A stretch of DNA of 64,000 bases, from positions 4,227 through 68,226 of the forward strand of contig JAEYSH010000038.1 in the NCBI GenBank assembly GCA_023434825.1, given 5' to 3'. A program made the translations under genes and the position numbers. Of this stretch, positions 11,447-24,061 are shown in pieces. A model generated the notes under the pieces. That model made no database searches. It was not told where the DNA came from and saw nothing but the letters and a program-made list of their open reading frames with translations. Position 1 is the stretch's first letter, and every line of letters starts with the position of its first letter. The DNA comes from Methanobacteriota archaeon. GTDB lineage: Archaea; Methanobacteriota; Methanobacteria; Methanobacteriales; Methanobacteriaceae.

Positions 11447-11761
11447 ATGAACATCATATTCAGAATATTCTATGCAATTGCTTATTTCATTATACTCATT
11501 ATTGAGATTATAAAAGCCACAATTGACGTGGCAATGCGAACCGTAAACGGAAAGGTAGAACCAGTAATCGTAGAAATTGATACTGAACTTAAAAGACCAA
11601 TTTCTCAAGTCATACTGGCTAACAGTATAACCTTAACACCGGGTACGCTTTCAATAGACATAGACACAGAAAAATGTATAATTAAAGTTGCAACAATTTC
11701 ACCAAGATCAAAAGAGGAAGTTATTCCTTTTGAACCTTACATAAAAGGATGGCTAGAGTAA
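11447..11761 (+). CDS. ehbA: Energy-converting hydrogenase B subunit A (MnhE-like)
   Basis: [12 protein letters not shown] motif; first gene of the cluster. Confidence 0.9.
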   Translation: MNIIFRIFYAIAYFIILIIEIIKATIDVAMRTVNGKVEPVIVEIDTELKRPISQVILANSITLTPGTLSIDIDTEKCIIKVATISPRSKEEVIPFEPYIKGWLE

Positions 11762-11783
11762 ATTAAGAAATACAGGTGTTAAA

Positions 11784-12044
11784 ATGGATATACTACTGAT
11801 ATCTGAATATATTTTATTAGCAGCGCTGGCATTTTATTGTATTGCTACAATTAGAATTGCAACCAGAAAAACCATTTCCATGGGAATTGTAGGATTACTT
11901 GGTTTAAGCGCCGCAGTAGCAACAATACTAATTTTAATCAAATACATTTATGGAATAGCTTTTTGTAGTGATATAGCTTTAGCATTAGTGATATTAGGTC
12001 CAATTGGTACTATAGCATTTTCAAAGGTTATACGGGGATGGTAA
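11784..12044 (+). CDS. ehbB: Ehb subunit B (MnhF-like)
   Basis: Three [16 protein letters not shown]; operon position. Confidence 0.85.
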   Translation: MDILLISEYILLAALAFYCIATIRIATRKTISMGIVGLLGLSAAVATILILIKYIYGIAFCSDIALALVILGPIGTIAFSKVIRGW

Positions 12045-12045
12045 A

Positions 12046-12318
12046 GTGGACGATATATTTACTCTTATAAAATCAGCGATTTTAATAATATCCGCAATTC
12101 TTGTTGTTCTTACAGCTATTGGGCTCCTTAGATACAAGGACGATATGGATAAAATATTATATGCAAGAGTTCACATGCTTGGAGTAGCAGATATGGCATG
12201 TATATTAGCATTGCTCTTCCTTAATGAGCCATTATTAGCTGTCACATACTTCTTCTTAACACCATTTGCATCACACTCCATTGCAAATGCTTACTATTAT
12301 GGGGAGGAAAAAAGATGA
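12046..12318 (+). CDS. ehbC: Ehb subunit C (MnhG-like)
   Basis: [16 protein letters not shown]; operon position. Confidence 0.85.
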   Translation: MDDIFTLIKSAILIISAILVVLTAIGLLRYKDDMDKILYARVHMLGVADMACILALLFLNEPLLAVTYFFLTPFASHSIANAYYYGEEKR

Positions 12319-12551
12319 TTGAATACATATTAATGATAGTAGCAGTATTAGGAGCAGTTATAGCGCTTACTCAAAGAGATCTCCTCAAAGCAGCCATATT
12401 AACAGGAATTACAGGAGCTGCGACTGCATTCCTTTTCCAATTCTTACTGGCGCCAGATGTAGCCTTAACTCAGGCAATAGTTGGTACAGCTATAATACCT
12501 GTATTCATTGCTTTAGCAGTTAAAAAGACACGAAGAATGGAGGAAGACTAA
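12315..12551 (+). CDS. ehbD: Ehb subunit D (DUF4040-like)
   Basis: [14 protein letters not shown] motif. Confidence 0.88.
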   Translation: MIEYILMIVAVLGAVIALTQRDLLKAAILTGITGAATAFLFQFLLAPDVALTQAIVGTAIIPVFIALAVKKTRRMEED

Positions 12552-12579
12552 ATAAGTTCATTATAAATGAGGGATTATC

Positions 12580-12984
12580 ATGATTATAGACTCACAACTG
12601 GCATCGTTCTTCACAGCAGCAGCATTAATAATAATAGGAATTTATGGTGCATTGTTTCTGGATAATTTAATTAAAAAAATAATTGGTCTGGCCTTCATTG
12701 GAGACGGAGTCAATTTATTCATAATTACCATGGGATATAAAGCTGGCGGAATAGTTTATATATTCCTTCCAGGAATGGCAACAGACTGGTTTGCTCAAAA
12801 TGCTTCATATCCATTACCATTTGCATTGGTACTCACCAGTATTGTTATAGGTGCAAGTACACTTGCAGTAATGCTTGCTTTAATTATATTACTTTATAAA
12901 AAATACGGATCCATAAAAGCATCCAAGATTCTTGGAGATAAGGAAAACGAAGATGTAAAATCAGTTAAAGGTGATAACTTATGA
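12580..12984 (+). CDS. ehbE: Ehb subunit E (MnhC-like)
   Basis: [23 protein letters not shown]. Confidence 0.9.
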   Translation: MIIDSQLASFFTAAALIIIGIYGALFLDNLIKKIIGLAFIGDGVNLFIITMGYKAGGIVYIFLPGMATDWFAQNASYPLPFALVLTSIVIGASTLAVMLALIILLYKKYGSIKASKILGDKENEDVKSVKGDNL

Positions 12985-14474
12985 ATCCATTGATAGCATT
13001 AATGGTAATAATACCCATAACATGCGCACTGCTTCTAAACCTTTTCCATACAAAGGATAAAACCGTTAAATATCTTGCAATAGTTGTAGCTCTGCTATTA
13101 CCAATTATACCGTTCTTTACAAGTTATGGTCTTCATTATTTCGGTGCATATAGTACATTAGCTCAAAGTCCAACATTAGCACAATGGGTACCAGAATCCA
13201 TAACCAGTTCAGCATTAAACACATTTCACATGGGTATAGTATATTCATTTACCAGTGCACAGCAAATTTTCATGATTGTACTTGGAATAATAGCATTTTT
13301 AGCCATATTAACCTCTTTAAGTGAAATAAAAAAATCTTCAGGAGTATATGCATTTCTCATGTTCATGGGAGTTGCTTCAATGGCAGCTATTCTACTTACA
13401 GACGATATATTCAACTTATATGTCTTCTTTGAAATTATTGCGGTAGCGCAAGTTGGAATTGTAGTTGCTTCTAGAGTTAAAGGAAACATGGAAGCAGCTT
13501 TAAAATACATGATTATAGGAAGTATTGCATCTCCACTTCTTTTATTAGGGATAGCCCTGATTCTTGGAGTTACAGGAAATGTTAATATAACAGATATTGC
13601 ATTTTCAATTAAAACTGGCCTTGTAAATCCTCAAAGTCCAGTATTGCTCATGGCCTGTGCACTTACAATATTTGGATGGATGTATGCAGCAGGACTGCCC
13701 CCATTCCATACAATAAAGTCAGAAATATACAGTAAAGCACTTCCACATGGTGCTGCATTGCTTCAAGCATTTTCTGTATTTACTCTTGCCGCTCTGGGAA
13801 TTGTTATATTTAGAATATTTTCATATCTCCCATTTTCAAAAGTGTTCATTATTGCCATATCCTTAGCAGCTATGATATTAAGTATAACCATGGCGTTGAT
13901 GCAAACTGATTATAAACGTATCCTAGGTTATCTTGCAGTTGGAGAGCTTGGTTATGTTGGTCTAGGACTCGGAATTGGAACAACTATGAGTATAACTGCA
14001 GGTCTTTTCCAGGCAGTAAACGAAGCAATAATAACTGCATTCCTGTTTATAGGCTTTGGAACAGTATTATATCTAACTAAAGAGACAGATATCCGAAAGC
14101 TTGGTGGAATGATGGTACATGCCCCAAAAGTAGCATTATTAGTACTTTTAGCAGGATTAGCAATGGCCGGTGTGCCCCCACTAAACGCATTCCAGAGTAA
14201 ATTGATGTTAATTCAATCCGCATTAAATGCAGGAATACCTGAATTAGGTATAATAATGATACTTTTAAGTATTGTTACATTTATGACATTTATGAAAGCA
14301 TTCTACGCGATTTATATGAGATCTAAACCAAAAGATCTTAAAATCAGCAATGCGAAAATACCAAAAGCAACCATATTCTCTCTGGTTGTATTCTTAATAA
14401 TTTGTATAATACTGGGTCTGTTCCCGCAATTAGCAACCAATTATTTACAGCCCCTTGCAAACAGCTTGGTATGA
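12981..14474 (+). CDS. ehbF: Ehb subunit F (large ion-translocating MnhD/NuoN-like subunit)
   Basis: [29 protein letters not shown]; many TM helices. Confidence 0.93.
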   Translation: MNPLIALMVIIPITCALLLNLFHTKDKTVKYLAIVVALLLPIIPFFTSYGLHYFGAYSTLAQSPTLAQWVPESITSSALNTFHMGIVYSFTSAQQIFMIVLGIIAFLAILTSLSEIKKSSGVYAFLMFMGVASMAAILLTDDIFNLYVFFEIIAVAQVGIVVASRVKGNMEAALKYMIIGSIASPLLLLGIALILGVTGNVNITDIAFSIKTGLVNPQSPVLLMACALTIFGWMYAAGLPPFHTIKSEIYSKALPHGAALLQAFSVFTLAALGIVIFRIFSYLPFSKVFIIAISLAAMILSITMALMQTDYKRILGYLAVGELGYVGLGLGIGTTMSITAGLFQAVNEAIITAFLFIGFGTVLYLTKETDIRKLGGMMVHAPKVALLVLLAGLAMAGVPPLNAFQSKLMLIQSALNAGIPELGIIMILLSIVTFMTFMKAFYAIYMRSKPKDLKISNAKIPKATIFSLVVFLIICIILGLFPQLATNYLQPLANSLV

Positions 14475-14507
14475 TAAAAGAGGATGAAAGCAGGATAGAG
14501 GGATTAT

Positions 14508-14846
14508 ATGAGCCTTTATGACACTATAATAAATAAAATAAAACAAGTTCAAGAATATGATAAAGAAGGTGAACCTGTAACCAGCATTGCAGCTTCATCT
14601 ACATTAGCAGCAGAAATAACACTTTTATCATCCATTTTAGTTGCTGTGATCATGTTAAGATATTTCAGTAATGCTTTGATGATTATAGCTGTACTTTTAG
14701 TAGCAGCAATAGCAATTTTTGCTATGCCATTAATGCCCAGATTTAAAAGAGAGCAAAATGATTCACTTAACAGCATGGTATTTTATGTAATTATAGCATT
14801 AACAATTATTACAATGCTCTTCTATTGGGGGAATTTCAATGTCTGA
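14508..14846 (+). CDS. ehbG: Ehb subunit G
   Basis: Small membrane protein at the expected operon position. Confidence 0.8.
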   Translation: MSLYDTIINKIKQVQEYDKEGEPVTSIAASSTLAAEITLLSSILVAVIMLRYFSNALMIIAVLLVAAIAIFAMPLMPRFKREQNDSLNSMVFYVIIALTIITMLFYWGNFNV

Positions 14847-15123
14847 AGGAATAAGAAACCTTATTGCCAGTATAGCCCTTGCTTTATTTGCAGTTACACT
14901 ATTTCAAGCAATAATCGGATTTGACCAATTACTAACACAGGGTATAAGTCAAGTTTATTTATGGGTAAGTCCCCATATTGCTCCAAATGCCGTTACTGAT
15001 GTTGTATTTGATTGGAGAGCTTATGATACTCTTGGAGAAGCACTTATACTGGTTACTTCAGTAGTAGTTGTTCTTCTTATATTTGGAAGAGGAATGGTTG
15101 ATCTTGGAGGGGATGAAAAATGA
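14839..15123 (+). CDS. ehbH: Ehb subunit H
   Basis: [18 protein letters not shown] motif. Confidence 0.88.
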   Translation: MSEGIRNLIASIALALFAVTLFQAIIGFDQLLTQGISQVYLWVSPHIAPNAVTDVVFDWRAYDTLGEALILVTSVVVVLLIFGRGMVDLGGDEK

Positions 15124-15590
15124 GTATTATCCTTAGATTATTCGTATTCCCAATCTCACTGATAATAATCTGTTTAGGAATAAATACTATCCTTGGAGGG
15201 CACATAACTCCAGGTGGAGGTTTTCAGGGAGGTGCAATGATAGCAGGAGGTTTAATTTTCTGTATTATTGTTTACGGACTTGAAAAAAGTCCATTTAAGC
15301 TTACACACAACTTTTTAGCAGGTATGGAAAGTGCAGGGGCTCTTGGTTATGTATTCCTGGGACTCGCAGGATTATTTGCATCAGGATTTTTCCTTTACAA
15401 TTTAGGAGTAGACCTTTATGGCATAGTCCCTCAGACAATCCAAAATATATTCAATTACCCTGACCCAACAAACGCAGGTATAATACCTTATCTTAACTAC
15501 GTAGTTGGTATAAAAGTTTTAGTGGGCCTGAGTGCCGTAGTAATAGCTTTCTTAGAAAGTGACAAAATTCTGGGAGAGAATGAAGAATGA
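15120..15590 (+). CDS. ehbI: Ehb subunit I (MnhB-like)
   Basis: [12 protein letters not shown] motif. Confidence 0.9.
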   Translation: MSIILRLFVFPISLIIICLGINTILGGHITPGGGFQGGAMIAGGLIFCIIVYGLEKSPFKLTHNFLAGMESAGALGYVFLGLAGLFASGFFLYNLGVDLYGIVPQTIQNIFNYPDPTNAGIIPYLNYVVGIKVLVGLSAVVIAFLESDKILGENEE

Positions 15591-15835
15591 TTTTCTATAT
15601 TGGCCCAGTAGTACTGGGATTATTATTAGGGTTTATACTTGGAACTAGAATTAAGCCAGTTCCAGAAAGTAAACTGAAGTTTGGTGCAGAAGTTTATGCA
15701 ATAGTTTTTGTTGCAGCAGTTATAGTAGCATACTTCTTAGGGCCGTTCCCGTATTACCAAGATGCACCCCTAGCAGTTGGATTTGTATCTGGGATATTAG
15801 GCCTAATTATTGGTAAATTAACATTAGGAAGATAA
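15587..15835 (+). CDS. ehbJ: Ehb subunit J
   Basis: Small three-TM protein, GPFPYY; operon position. Confidence 0.8.
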   Translation: MIFYIGPVVLGLLLGFILGTRIKPVPESKLKFGAEVYAIVFVAAVIVAYFLGPFPYYQDAPLAVGFVSGILGLIIGKLTLGR

Positions 15836-15965
15836 AAAAGGAATTAACATAATTATAATATTTAAGCAAAATAATGTAATAAAATCTAATAAAAAATAAT
15901 TTAAAGTTATAGCAAGTGTAGTAAGTACACATCCAAAATAGCAAAAATATCAGAGGGCAAAAATC

Positions 15966-17327
15966 ATGTTTTTATCAACCAAAAAGTGCGAAGGCATTGG
16001 AGAATGTATTAAAGAATGTCCAACCGGCGCAATAAGGCTAATTGAAGGTAAACCCTTTAGCTGCATAACATGCGGCGCTTGTGCAGAAGCATGTCCAAAT
16101 AGAGCCATATTCAAAAACAAATATGGAGGATTTGTGGTCGACAGAGCAAAATGTAACGCGTGTGGAGTTTGCGAACTAACATGTCCAGTAAATAACATTA
16201 CAATTGAAGGGGACATGGTAAAAGGAATATGTTCACGATGTGGAATATGCGTAGATAACTGTCCTATTGATGCTAGAATAGATGCTTACGATATTATTGA
16301 AGATAGGCAATTAAAATTCCTTGATTCACTAAATCTTACAACTCAACCAAGTGTTAGAGTTAAAAAAGATATTGATAAAGTAAATAGAGTTAATGTAGTT
16401 ACAGATACAGACAAATGTACATTATGTGGAAGATGTGAATACTACTGCCCAACAGATGCTATTGAAATAGATATTGAACCAGGCACCTGTACAGAGTGCA
16501 GAGTTTGTGAAGATGTTTGTCCTGCTGATGCAATATCAAATACTACAATTGATACTGAAAAATGTACATTATGCCTTAAATGCGTTAGAGAATGCCCAAA
16601 TAACGCAGCTTATATTGATGACTTTGAAATAAAAATAAGAAAACCCGAAGACAGCGAAGAAATAAAAGGAAGTATCATTTCATGTCTTAACTGTGGTTTA
16701 TGTACCCAAGCATGTGAAAGCGGGGCTTTGAGGATGATTAACGGTAAAATACGTTACGATCCTTCACTTTGTGATGAATGTGATACACTTGAATGTATGG
16801 ATGTTTGTCCAGTAGGTACATTAAAATTATCAGATGATGATGACATATGTCAGTTGAAAGGTTTCTGTGTTTCATGCGGTAAATGTGTTAGAGCATGTGA
16901 TGTAAATGAAGCTAGAAGCTTTAAAAATGTTACTTGGGATGGAAAAGTTACTGATGATTGCATATCCTGCGGAATATGTGCAGAATTATGTCCAAAAGAT
17001 GCGATCACTCTTAAAAGAGGCAGCATTGATGTAAACCTTGAAAAATGCGTTCTTTGTGAAAAATGCGCAATTCACTGCCCGATGGATGCAATTCCAAAAA
17101 CTACAATGTACAAAAAATCTATTAAAGATGGATTCGTATTTATAGAAAACAAGTTATGTATGAGCTGTAAACTTTGTCTTAATACCTGTCCAGAAGAAGC
17201 TATTTCAGAAGATGAAAAAGGCAGGCTTATTGTAGACGATTCAAAGTGCATATACTGCGGCGCATGTAACAATGTGTGCCCTGCACGAGCCATATTATTT
17301 GAAAGGGAATTCGAGGTAGCAAGATGA
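15966..17327 (+). CDS. ehbK: Ehb subunit K, polyferredoxin
   Basis: More than 10 CxxCxxCxxxCP-type motifs. Confidence 0.92.
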   Translation: MFLSTKKCEGIGECIKECPTGAIRLIEGKPFSCITCGACAEACPNRAIFKNKYGGFVVDRAKCNACGVCELTCPVNNITIEGDMVKGICSRCGICVDNCPIDARIDAYDIIEDRQLKFLDSLNLTTQPSVRVKKDIDKVNRVNVVTDTDKCTLCGRCEYYCPTDAIEIDIEPGTCTECRVCEDVCPADAISNTTIDTEKCTLCLKCVRECPNNAAYIDDFEIKIRKPEDSEEIKGSIISCLNCGLCTQACESGALRMINGKIRYDPSLCDECDTLECMDVCPVGTLKLSDDDDICQLKGFCVSCGKCVRACDVNEARSFKNVTWDGKVTDDCISCGICAELCPKDAITLKRGSIDVNLEKCVLCEKCAIHCPMDAIPKTTMYKKSIKDGFVFIENKLCMSCKLCLNTCPEEAISEDEKGRLIVDDSKCIYCGACNNVCPARAILFEREFEVAR

Positions 17328-17818
17328 AAAATTTAGTTAGAATTGTCCTTGAGGGAACATATACAAACATAATGAGGATCCTTTTTGCTTCAGACAGAGT
17401 AACAGATATGGAACTTAGAAGCAAAATCCTGGAGGGCCGTATAGTACCTACAGATAAAGTTGCTGAAATATCATGTATAGGATGTGCCGGTTGTAAAAAT
17501 GTTTGCCCTACAAGCGCGATTGAAATGGAAAAACTTGAAGAACCTGTCGAGTTAATGGAAGGACTCATAAAAGAAGAAAAACCAGTTTTAGACAGCTTAA
17601 AATGCGTTCATTGTTATCACTGCCACGATTTCTGTCCACTCTATGCACTGTTTGGAGAAGCAGGAACAATACATCCAAATGATGTTGGAGAAGTGGATGT
17701 TGACATAAACATGATGCTGGAAAAACCAATTAAAATATCTGAAGATAAAATAGCATTCATATCACAATATCTTTCTGACAATGCAATAATCAGAAAACGA
17801 GAAAGTAAAGATAATTAA
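17324..17818 (+). CDS. ehbL: Ehb subunit L (2[4Fe-4S], NuoI-like)
   Basis: [12 protein letters not shown] and [12 protein letters not shown]. Confidence 0.9.
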   Translation: MKNLVRIVLEGTYTNIMRILFASDRVTDMELRSKILEGRIVPTDKVAEISCIGCAGCKNVCPTSAIEMEKLEEPVELMEGLIKEEKPVLDSLKCVHCYHCHDFCPLYALFGEAGTIHPNDVGEVDVDINMMLEKPIKISEDKIAFISQYLSDNAIIRKRESKDN

Positions 17819-17852
17819 ATCATAGAAAGTTAAACTACCAAGAGGGATCAAT

Positions 17853-18299
17853 TTGGGTTTAAAATCATATTCAAGAGCAAGAGCCGTACACGTGATGCTT
17901 GTATACACTGGAGGATGTAACGGCTGCGATATAGAAATAGTAAACTGTATATTATCACCAAAATATGATGCTGAACAGTACAAAGTATTTTTAACATGGA
18001 ATCCAAGGGAAGCAGATGTATTAGTAGTAACTGGACCAGTTACCAAACATGTTGAAGAACCATTAAAAGCAATTTACGAAGCAATACCTGAACCTAAAGC
18101 AGTTGTTGCCGCTGGAGCCTGCGCAACAATGGGTGGAGTATACAAAAACATTCACGGAGATATACCATCAGAAGAGATTGCAGGCCCGGTTGATGAAATT
18201 ATACCAGTAGCTGCAAAGATTCCAGGATGTGCTGTAAGACCTGAAGATGTTTTATCAGGAGTAGTAGCAGCTTTACCACTATTATTAAATGCAGATTAA
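17853..18299 (+). CDS. ehbM: Ehb subunit M, hydrogenase small subunit
   Basis: [30 protein letters not shown] start. Confidence 0.93.
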   Translation: MGLKSYSRARAVHVMLVYTGGCNGCDIEIVNCILSPKYDAEQYKVFLTWNPREADVLVVTGPVTKHVEEPLKAIYEAIPEPKAVVAAGACATMGGVYKNIHGDIPSEEIAGPVDEIIPVAAKIPGCAVRPEDVLSGVVAALPLLLNAD

Positions 18300-18356
18300 A
18301 ATTACGAATTAACAATAAATATAAGCCAGAATTAATTTCTGGCGAGGGGTGTCATT

Positions 18357-19517
18357 ATGGATAAAGATAACAAAGTCACAACTCAAGTAATCGAAACAGA
18401 GGTTCCGATGGGGACTGTACACTCTGCAGCCTTAGAACCATACAGAATACGATTGTTTGTTGAAGATGAAATTGTAAGAGATGCTGAATTAACAATAGGT
18501 GTCAATCACAGAGGAATAGAAAGAATAATGGAAGGATTACCCGTTGAAAAGGCAAATAGCCTTACTGAAAAAGTTTGCGGGATCTGTTCAAACAGCCACA
18601 TCTGGAACTCATGTTTAACTGCTGAAAAAGGATTGGAAATTGACGTTCCTCCAAGAGCAGAATATATAAGAATCATTATGGAAGAACTGGAAAGACTACA
18701 CAGTCATCTTTTATACTTAGCCCACGGAAGTGAAGTTTTAGGTCATGAAACATTTTCCATGAGAATATTTTACATAAGAGAAACTGTAATGGAACTTCTA
18801 AGAATGATTGGAGGTAACCGTGTCCAGTACGGTGTTTCAGTCATTGGAGGTGTAAGACCTCGCTGTGATCTAAATGAAATGAGAATTCAAAAGATCAACG
18901 AAGGTATGGACTTCCTTGAAGAGAAAATACTCGAATTTGCTGACAGATTTGTAAGAGATCCAATGGTCATGTCCCGTATAACTGGAATAGCTGCAATAAC
19001 TCAAGCTGATGCCAGAAGGTTAGCAACAACCGGTCCTTCACTACGTGCAACTGGTATTGAAGTTGATTTAAGACGTGACATGAGACAATATGATCCATTT
19101 GAGTTTGATGTAATTACTCAAGATACTGGAGACGTAAAAGCAAATCTTCTGATGCGTGTTCTTGAAATTCCTGAATCTATTAAAATAATTAGGCAGGCCA
19201 TAAAAGACCTTCCAGACGGAAAAATCACTAACAGAAGCTGGGAAATGCAAGATACAGGCATTATAAAAAGTTATATAGAAGTACCAAGAGGTAAACTCTA
19301 TCACTCTTACAGTATAGAAGACGGAAGGGTTAGAGGTTCAATAATCAGGACACCTTCAATAACAAATATAAATACAATGGAGTTTGCATGTATCGGAACT
19401 CACATAACCGATGCACAATTAGCAATAGTTCAATGTGATCCATGCTTTACATGCACCGACCGTGCAGTTGAAATAGTGGATCATCCGCTAAAGAAAAAAA
19501 GAAATAGTATAGTTTAA
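18357..19517 (+). CDS. ehbN: Ehb subunit N, group 4 [NiFe] hydrogenase large subunit
   Basis: [11 protein letters not shown] and DPCFTCTDR Ni-binding motifs. Confidence 0.95.
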   Translation: MDKDNKVTTQVIETEVPMGTVHSAALEPYRIRLFVEDEIVRDAELTIGVNHRGIERIMEGLPVEKANSLTEKVCGICSNSHIWNSCLTAEKGLEIDVPPRAEYIRIIMEELERLHSHLLYLAHGSEVLGHETFSMRIFYIRETVMELLRMIGGNRVQYGVSVIGGVRPRCDLNEMRIQKINEGMDFLEEKILEFADRFVRDPMVMSRITGIAAITQADARRLATTGPSLRATGIEVDLRRDMRQYDPFEFDVITQDTGDVKANLLMRVLEIPESIKIIRQAIKDLPDGKITNRSWEMQDTGIIKSYIEVPRGKLYHSYSIEDGRVRGSIIRTPSITNINTMEFACIGTHITDAQLAIVQCDPCFTCTDRAVEIVDHPLKKKRNSIV

Positions 19518-19580
19518 TCAGCTTATGCTGATTTATCTTTTATATTGATAAAAATTTTTATAACAATAGGAAGTGTCAGA

Positions 19581-20585
19581 ATGGATACAACAATGATTAT
19601 AAGCTCGATTGTAGCAGTAATTGGAACATTGATTATAGCATTTGCCATCAGTGTCTGGCTTCCAGGTATTGAAAGGAAATTTGTCCAGGCAAGAATTCAA
19701 CAAAGGGTAGGACCACCAATTTCAAGTCCCGGATTCATGGCCCCAATCAAATTTTTCTTTAAAGAAGCATTAACACCAACATCTCCAATGCCCAGATTAT
19801 ATAATGCACTTCCACTAATTAGTTTAATTATTGTAACACTTATTCTACTTACAATAATGCCCCAATTATACTTTTTGGGAGCTTTTGCAAGTATTATAGC
19901 AGTTGTAGGGCTGCTTAAAGTTGAAGAAATAATGTACATGTTCATGGGTTCACTTTCAAAATCAGTACTGTCAGTTAATATGCCATTTCCAGACCTTGTT
20001 AAAGGTGCTAAACACGTAGATACACCTAGATCTTTTATTGAAGAACTGAGTACACTCCGAGCATTTAGACTCATTGCTTTTGGATCATTCCCACTATACA
20101 TTGCACTTTTTGTACCGGTAGTTATGACTGGAAGCTTATATCTAGGAGATATAATTGCTTATCAACAATTACACGGCCCAGTACTCTTTTCATTAGCTGG
20201 AGTAATCGGTACAGTAGTTTATTTCATTGGTTCAATGATATTGTTAAACGAATATCCATTTGCTATAATGAAAACAAAAGCAGATGTTATGGAAGGACCT
20301 ACCCTTGAATATATGTCAAAATATAGGGCATACACATATATTACAAGAGGATTATTGACATTTGTGCTTGCTAGCCTATTTGTAACCATGTTTATTGGAA
20401 TACCACCAAATCTATTCAGTTTAGGAATTCTGGTTACAATTGCAGCATCAATAATATTCCCAATAGCAATGGCAATATTAAGCGCATTCACCCCAGTATT
20501 TACATTCAGGCAGTTTTACCCAGTCGTAGCTGCAACATCAATCTTAGGAGTGCTTGCATTAGTTGCAGCATTTATAACTCTATAA
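19581..20585 (+). CDS. ehbO: Ehb subunit O (NuoH/HycD-like membrane subunit)
   Basis: [28 protein letters not shown]. Confidence 0.92.
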   Translation: MDTTMIISSIVAVIGTLIIAFAISVWLPGIERKFVQARIQQRVGPPISSPGFMAPIKFFFKEALTPTSPMPRLYNALPLISLIIVTLILLTIMPQLYFLGAFASIIAVVGLLKVEEIMYMFMGSLSKSVLSVNMPFPDLVKGAKHVDTPRSFIEELSTLRAFRLIAFGSFPLYIALFVPVVMTGSLYLGDIIAYQQLHGPVLFSLAGVIGTVVYFIGSMILLNEYPFAIMKTKADVMEGPTLEYMSKYRAYTYITRGLLTFVLASLFVTMFIGIPPNLFSLGILVTIAASIIFPIAMAILSAFTPVFTFRQFYPVVAATSILGVLALVAAFITL

Positions 20586-20709
20586 TTCAACCTTTTTTCA
20601 CAAAAAAAGGATTGATCAAAAAATCCTCGCTCAAACAAGTTTGAGCTGCGGAAATAAAAATAATATTTAAAAATATCTATTAAAAAAACAAAAATTAAGG
20701 AAAGATATT

Positions 20710-20970
20710 ATGAAATTCGTAGTAAGACCTCAACACATTGTAAGTCTCGGCGGATACATTGTTGAAGTTGATTTACCTTACAGGAATATGATTGTAGTTA
20801 ATCCCACAAATGAACCAATAAAAATAGATCTTCCTATATTTAACACTGAATGGGTCGAACATCACAGGAAATTAGGATTAGACATCACTCCTACAAAAGA
20901 CGAAGACTCTTTTTTACGTATATGGAGAAAAGAAAAAGCTAAGCTTGAAAAAATTAAAGCTGAATCCTAA
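20710..20970 (+). CDS. ehbP: Ehb subunit P
   Basis: [14 protein letters not shown]...[16 protein letters not shown]. Confidence 0.88.
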   Translation: MKFVVRPQHIVSLGGYIVEVDLPYRNMIVVNPTNEPIKIDLPIFNTEWVEHHRKLGLDITPTKDEDSFLRIWRKEKAKLEKIKAES

Positions 20971-20998
20971 TTTAACTTCAAAAAATAATTTATTTTTT

Positions 20999-21646
20999 TT
21001 ATTCTCTATTTGCAAATTTTACGCCCATTTCAAAGGCATTTTCACAGTCCATTGGGAACACTTCTTTTCTTACCTCTGCTTTGTGCCCTTCATCAAATCT
21101 ATCTGCAACTACTTTCGAGTAATCTTTAAACTGGTAAGTATCAAAGCTAAAGAGAGATTCTGAGTGACCAAATACTAATTCAGAAACTCTTTGATTAGTG
21201 TTAATATGAGCTTCATAACCTGATTCTTTTAAATATTCTTCAGGAATATTCATAGTATAAATAAATCCTGTTTTGATAGTTTTTGGGAAAAGTGATTGTG
21301 GAGGGGCAGTATATGTCATGTACTGGAAAAAAAGACGCTCCATAAAAGATTTCATTTGACCTGTAACGGTTCCGTAATAAATTGGAGAACCTAAAATAAT
21401 TGCATCAGAGTTTTCTATTTCTTCAAATATATTTTTAAGATCATCTTTCGGCTTGCATTTTCCATAGCTTTTACCATCACGTTTTTTACATGCAAAACAG
21501 CTCCGGCATCCAGTATAATCTAAGCTGTAGAGGTTAATTAGTTCTGTTTCAGCTCCTTTTGATTCAGCTCCTTCAAGAGCGCTCTTTAACAAAGTAGCAG
21601 TATTGCATTTTTTTCTTGGACTACCATTAAATGCTATAAGTTTCAT
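20999..21646 (-). CDS. Iron-sulfur flavoprotein (Isf)/flavodoxin family
   Basis: NGSPRK..NT, CRSCFAC...C, GSPIYYG. Confidence 0.88.
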   Translation of the reverse strand: MKLIAFNGSPRKKCNTATLLKSALEGAESKGAETELINLYSLDYTGCRSCFACKKRDGKSYGKCKPKDDLKNIFEEIENSDAIILGSPIYYGTVTGQMKSFMERLFFQYMTYTAPPQSLFPKTIKTGFIYTMNIPEEYLKESGYEAHINTNQRVSELVFGHSESLFSFDTYQFKDYSKVVADRFDEGHKAEVRKEVFPMDCENAFEMGVKFANRE

Positions 21647-21706
21647 GATATTATCCTCACTTAATAAATTCTGTATATAAATTGTTATTTAGGGAATAAA
21701 TAATTA

Positions 21707-22477
21707 TTATCCTTTACTGAATTTAACATTTGGATTTATGTAACGCCCTCTTTTCAAGGTTGATTTGCCGTATTGAATAGATTCTGTAGGACAGCGATTT
21801 ATACATGCACTGCAATGGCTACATTTTTCATTCAACCATACAGGCTTTCCTGATTCTAATTTTATTGTTCCAGAAGGGCATATTTCTTCACATAAGCCGC
21901 AGCCGCTACAATTTTCTAATACATTAAAATTTTTAGTTTTACGGTAAAATCCATAAATAGAGTAGGCAAAAGGCGTAAGTATTGCCATTAAACTATTATT
22001 AGCAAAATTACCTCTTTCATTAGCTTCAAGGAGCTTAATAATGTTCTCTATTTCTTTTTCTGCATTTTGAAGAGTTAATTTTTGTTTTTGTTTATCTGAG
22101 GCATCATACATCATAACATAATTGCTGGGCATGGCAACTGAAAATGAACTATTTAACTGAAGATCCTTCTGTTTTAGCTTTTTTTCCAGCATTTTATCTG
22201 CATTTCCAATTGCAGAGCCGCATGTAATTACTGAATAAATAAAAGGTGACTTATCACTTTCAATTTTTAATTTATCCACAAATTCAGCCACAAGATTTGG
22301 CAACCCATAAAAATAAACTGGAAAAACAAATCCAATTTTTTCATCATCTTTAATCTTATAATTAAATCTTTTAGTGCTTAAAGCATCAGCCATATCAATT
22401 AATTCGCTTCCATCATTTTCATGTAGCTTTTGAGCAACGTACAATGAATTTCCAGTGCCAGAAAAGTAAAAAATCAT
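21707..22477 (-). CDS. Flavodoxin + 2[4Fe-4S] protein (EFR1 family)
   Basis: YFSGTGNS N-terminus; CSGCGLCEEICP and CSHCSACINRCP. Confidence 0.88.
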   Translation of the reverse strand: MIFYFSGTGNSLYVAQKLHENDGSELIDMADALSTKRFNYKIKDDEKIGFVFPVYFYGLPNLVAEFVDKLKIESDKSPFIYSVITCGSAIGNADKMLEKKLKQKDLQLNSSFSVAMPSNYVMMYDASDKQKQKLTLQNAEKEIENIIKLLEANERGNFANNSLMAILTPFAYSIYGFYRKTKNFNVLENCSGCGLCEEICPSGTIKLESGKPVWLNEKCSHCSACINRCPTESIQYGKSTLKRGRYINPNVKFSKG

Positions 22478-22487
22478 GAAATGAACC

Positions 22488-23039
22488 TCATTTAATGTAA
22501 TTTACTACATCCTTATTTCTTTCAGGTGCTTTATTACTTGATGATCCCTTATAACCTAAACAAACACCATAATAAGGTTTATAACCTTCAGGAATTTCCA
22601 ATCTTTTTACATTATCCTCATTTTTAAAGAAAAATCTGGCAAGCCCAATCCAGCAAGACCCAATATCCATACTTTCTGCAGCAAGCATCATATTTTGTAT
22701 AGCTGCAGAGCAATCAGGAATAGGCGATGTTGCATCTTCTTTTCCTGAAACAACTACAACTGTAGGTGCTTCATAGAATATATGTAAATGTTCTGCTTTT
22801 CCCATTCTAGCAATCCATTCAATTGGCAAATCAGACATGATTCTTTTGCATTCTACACTCATTTCATCAATTAATTCCTTATTCTGGATAACAGTAAAAT
22901 ACCAAGGCTGGTCATTATGTCCTGTAGGGGCATATATCGCCGATTCAAGTATTATTTCAAGCTCTTTGTCTTTTATTTGCTCGCTTTTGTATTTTCTAAT
23001 ACTTCTTCTACTTTTAATATTTTCTATAACTTCATTCAA
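22488..23039 (-). CDS. Nitroreductase family protein
   Basis: RRSIRKY, APTGHNDQPW, NMMLAAESMDIGSCW. Confidence 0.92.
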   Translation of the reverse strand: MNEVIENIKSRRSIRKYKSEQIKDKELEIILESAIYAPTGHNDQPWYFTVIQNKELIDEMSVECKRIMSDLPIEWIARMGKAEHLHIFYEAPTVVVVSGKEDATSPIPDCSAAIQNMMLAAESMDIGSCWIGLARFFFKNEDNVKRLEIPEGYKPYYGVCLGYKGSSSNKAPERNKDVVNYIK

Positions 23040-23182
23040 TATATCACTACCAGTTTATCGTATCCTTTAATCTAATTTTATCCCATATAAAGCTATATTA
23101 TTTTAAAAAAATCATTATAATTAATTTAAATAATATTTAAAGTTTTAAAATCCATTTTTAATAAAAATAAAATAAAATTTTA

Positions 23183-23752
23183 TCATTTAATAAAATCTCT
23201 TCCCATTGAAAATGCTTGTCCAAGACGTTCCCCTATACCATAATAAGCTCTAAATGAAGGGTCGTATAAAAATGGCTTAATCTGTTCTATATTCGGATTT
23301 CCATCTTTCATTAAATCTTCATCGACTTTTACGTCCAAAATTTCACCGGTAAAATGAGTATGTAGCCCTAATTCTGCCGTATGAACTAGTTTACATTCTA
23401 AAACTAATGGAAATTCTTCAATGTAGGGAGCATCTACTTTTTCGCTTTTTACGGCGGTTAACCCTGTTACTTCAAATTTATTTTCATTCCTTCCAGATGC
23501 CATTCCAAAATAGTCTGCTTCTTTAATGTATTTTTCAGATGGAATATTTACAGTAAAAGCCTCTTTATCCTTGATATTTCCATGAGTATAGGTAGCTTCT
23601 CTTAGAGAAATTGAAACGCATGGAGGAACTGAGCAAGATATACCTCCCCATGCTGCATTCATAGCATTTGGTTTTCCATTCTTATCATAGGTCCCAATTA
23701 TAAAAACTGGGGTTGGATATACAATTGTTTTTGCACCAATAGATTTTTTCAT
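23183..23752 (-). CDS. Flavin reductase / flavoredoxin
   Basis: YPTPV...[28 protein letters not shown]. Confidence 0.9.
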   Translation of the reverse strand: MKKSIGAKTIVYPTPVFIIGTYDKNGKPNAMNAAWGGISCSVPPCVSISLREATYTHGNIKDKEAFTVNIPSEKYIKEADYFGMASGRNENKFEVTGLTAVKSEKVDAPYIEEFPLVLECKLVHTAELGLHTHFTGEILDVKVDEDLMKDGNPNIEQIKPFLYDPSFRAYYGIGERLGQAFSMGRDFIK

Positions 23753-23800
23753 ATTTATCACACACGAAATTGTTTGGTGAAAAAAAGAAGTGGTGGATGT

Positions 23801-23938
23801 TTATTCACAACATCCTTTCATGTCTTTACAAAGTTCTTTGCCTTCCTTTGTAGGAACAATCTTCATTTCACCGTCTTTACAGCTGACTGTTGCAACTGTT
23901 TTATCACCACATACTATTTTACATTCTTTATTTTCCAT
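23801..23938 (-). CDS. Small Cys-rich protein (45 aa, 6 Cys); absent from ORF track
   Basis: AGGAGA RBS; MENKECKIVCGDKTVATVSCKDGEMKIVPTKEGKELCKDMKGCCE. Confidence 0.75.
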   Translation of the reverse strand: MENKECKIVCGDKTVATVSCKDGEMKIVPTKEGKELCKDMKGCCE

Positions 23939-23964
23939 AGTTTTTTCTCCTAATTATTGAACAC

Positions 23965-24024
23965 TATCGGTTATGCGATACATATATTTATAGTTATCGG
24001 TTTTCCAATATCTTATATCCGATA
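23965..24024. promoter_or_regulatory. Three copies of a TATCG-N6-CGATA palindrome; putative PadR operators
   Basis: TATCGgttatgCGATA (23965-80), TATCGgttttcCAATA (23995-24010), TATCTtatatcCGATA (24009-24). Confidence 0.65.
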
Positions 24025-24061
24025 GAAAAAACTATTTAGTCTCGCACCCTATATTACCCAC

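Noticed and set aside
11447..15835. Stand-alone Mrp/Mnh antiporter operon
   Set aside because: It is contiguous with the polyferredoxin and [NiFe] hydrogenase subunits in Ehb order, so it is the Ehb membrane arm.
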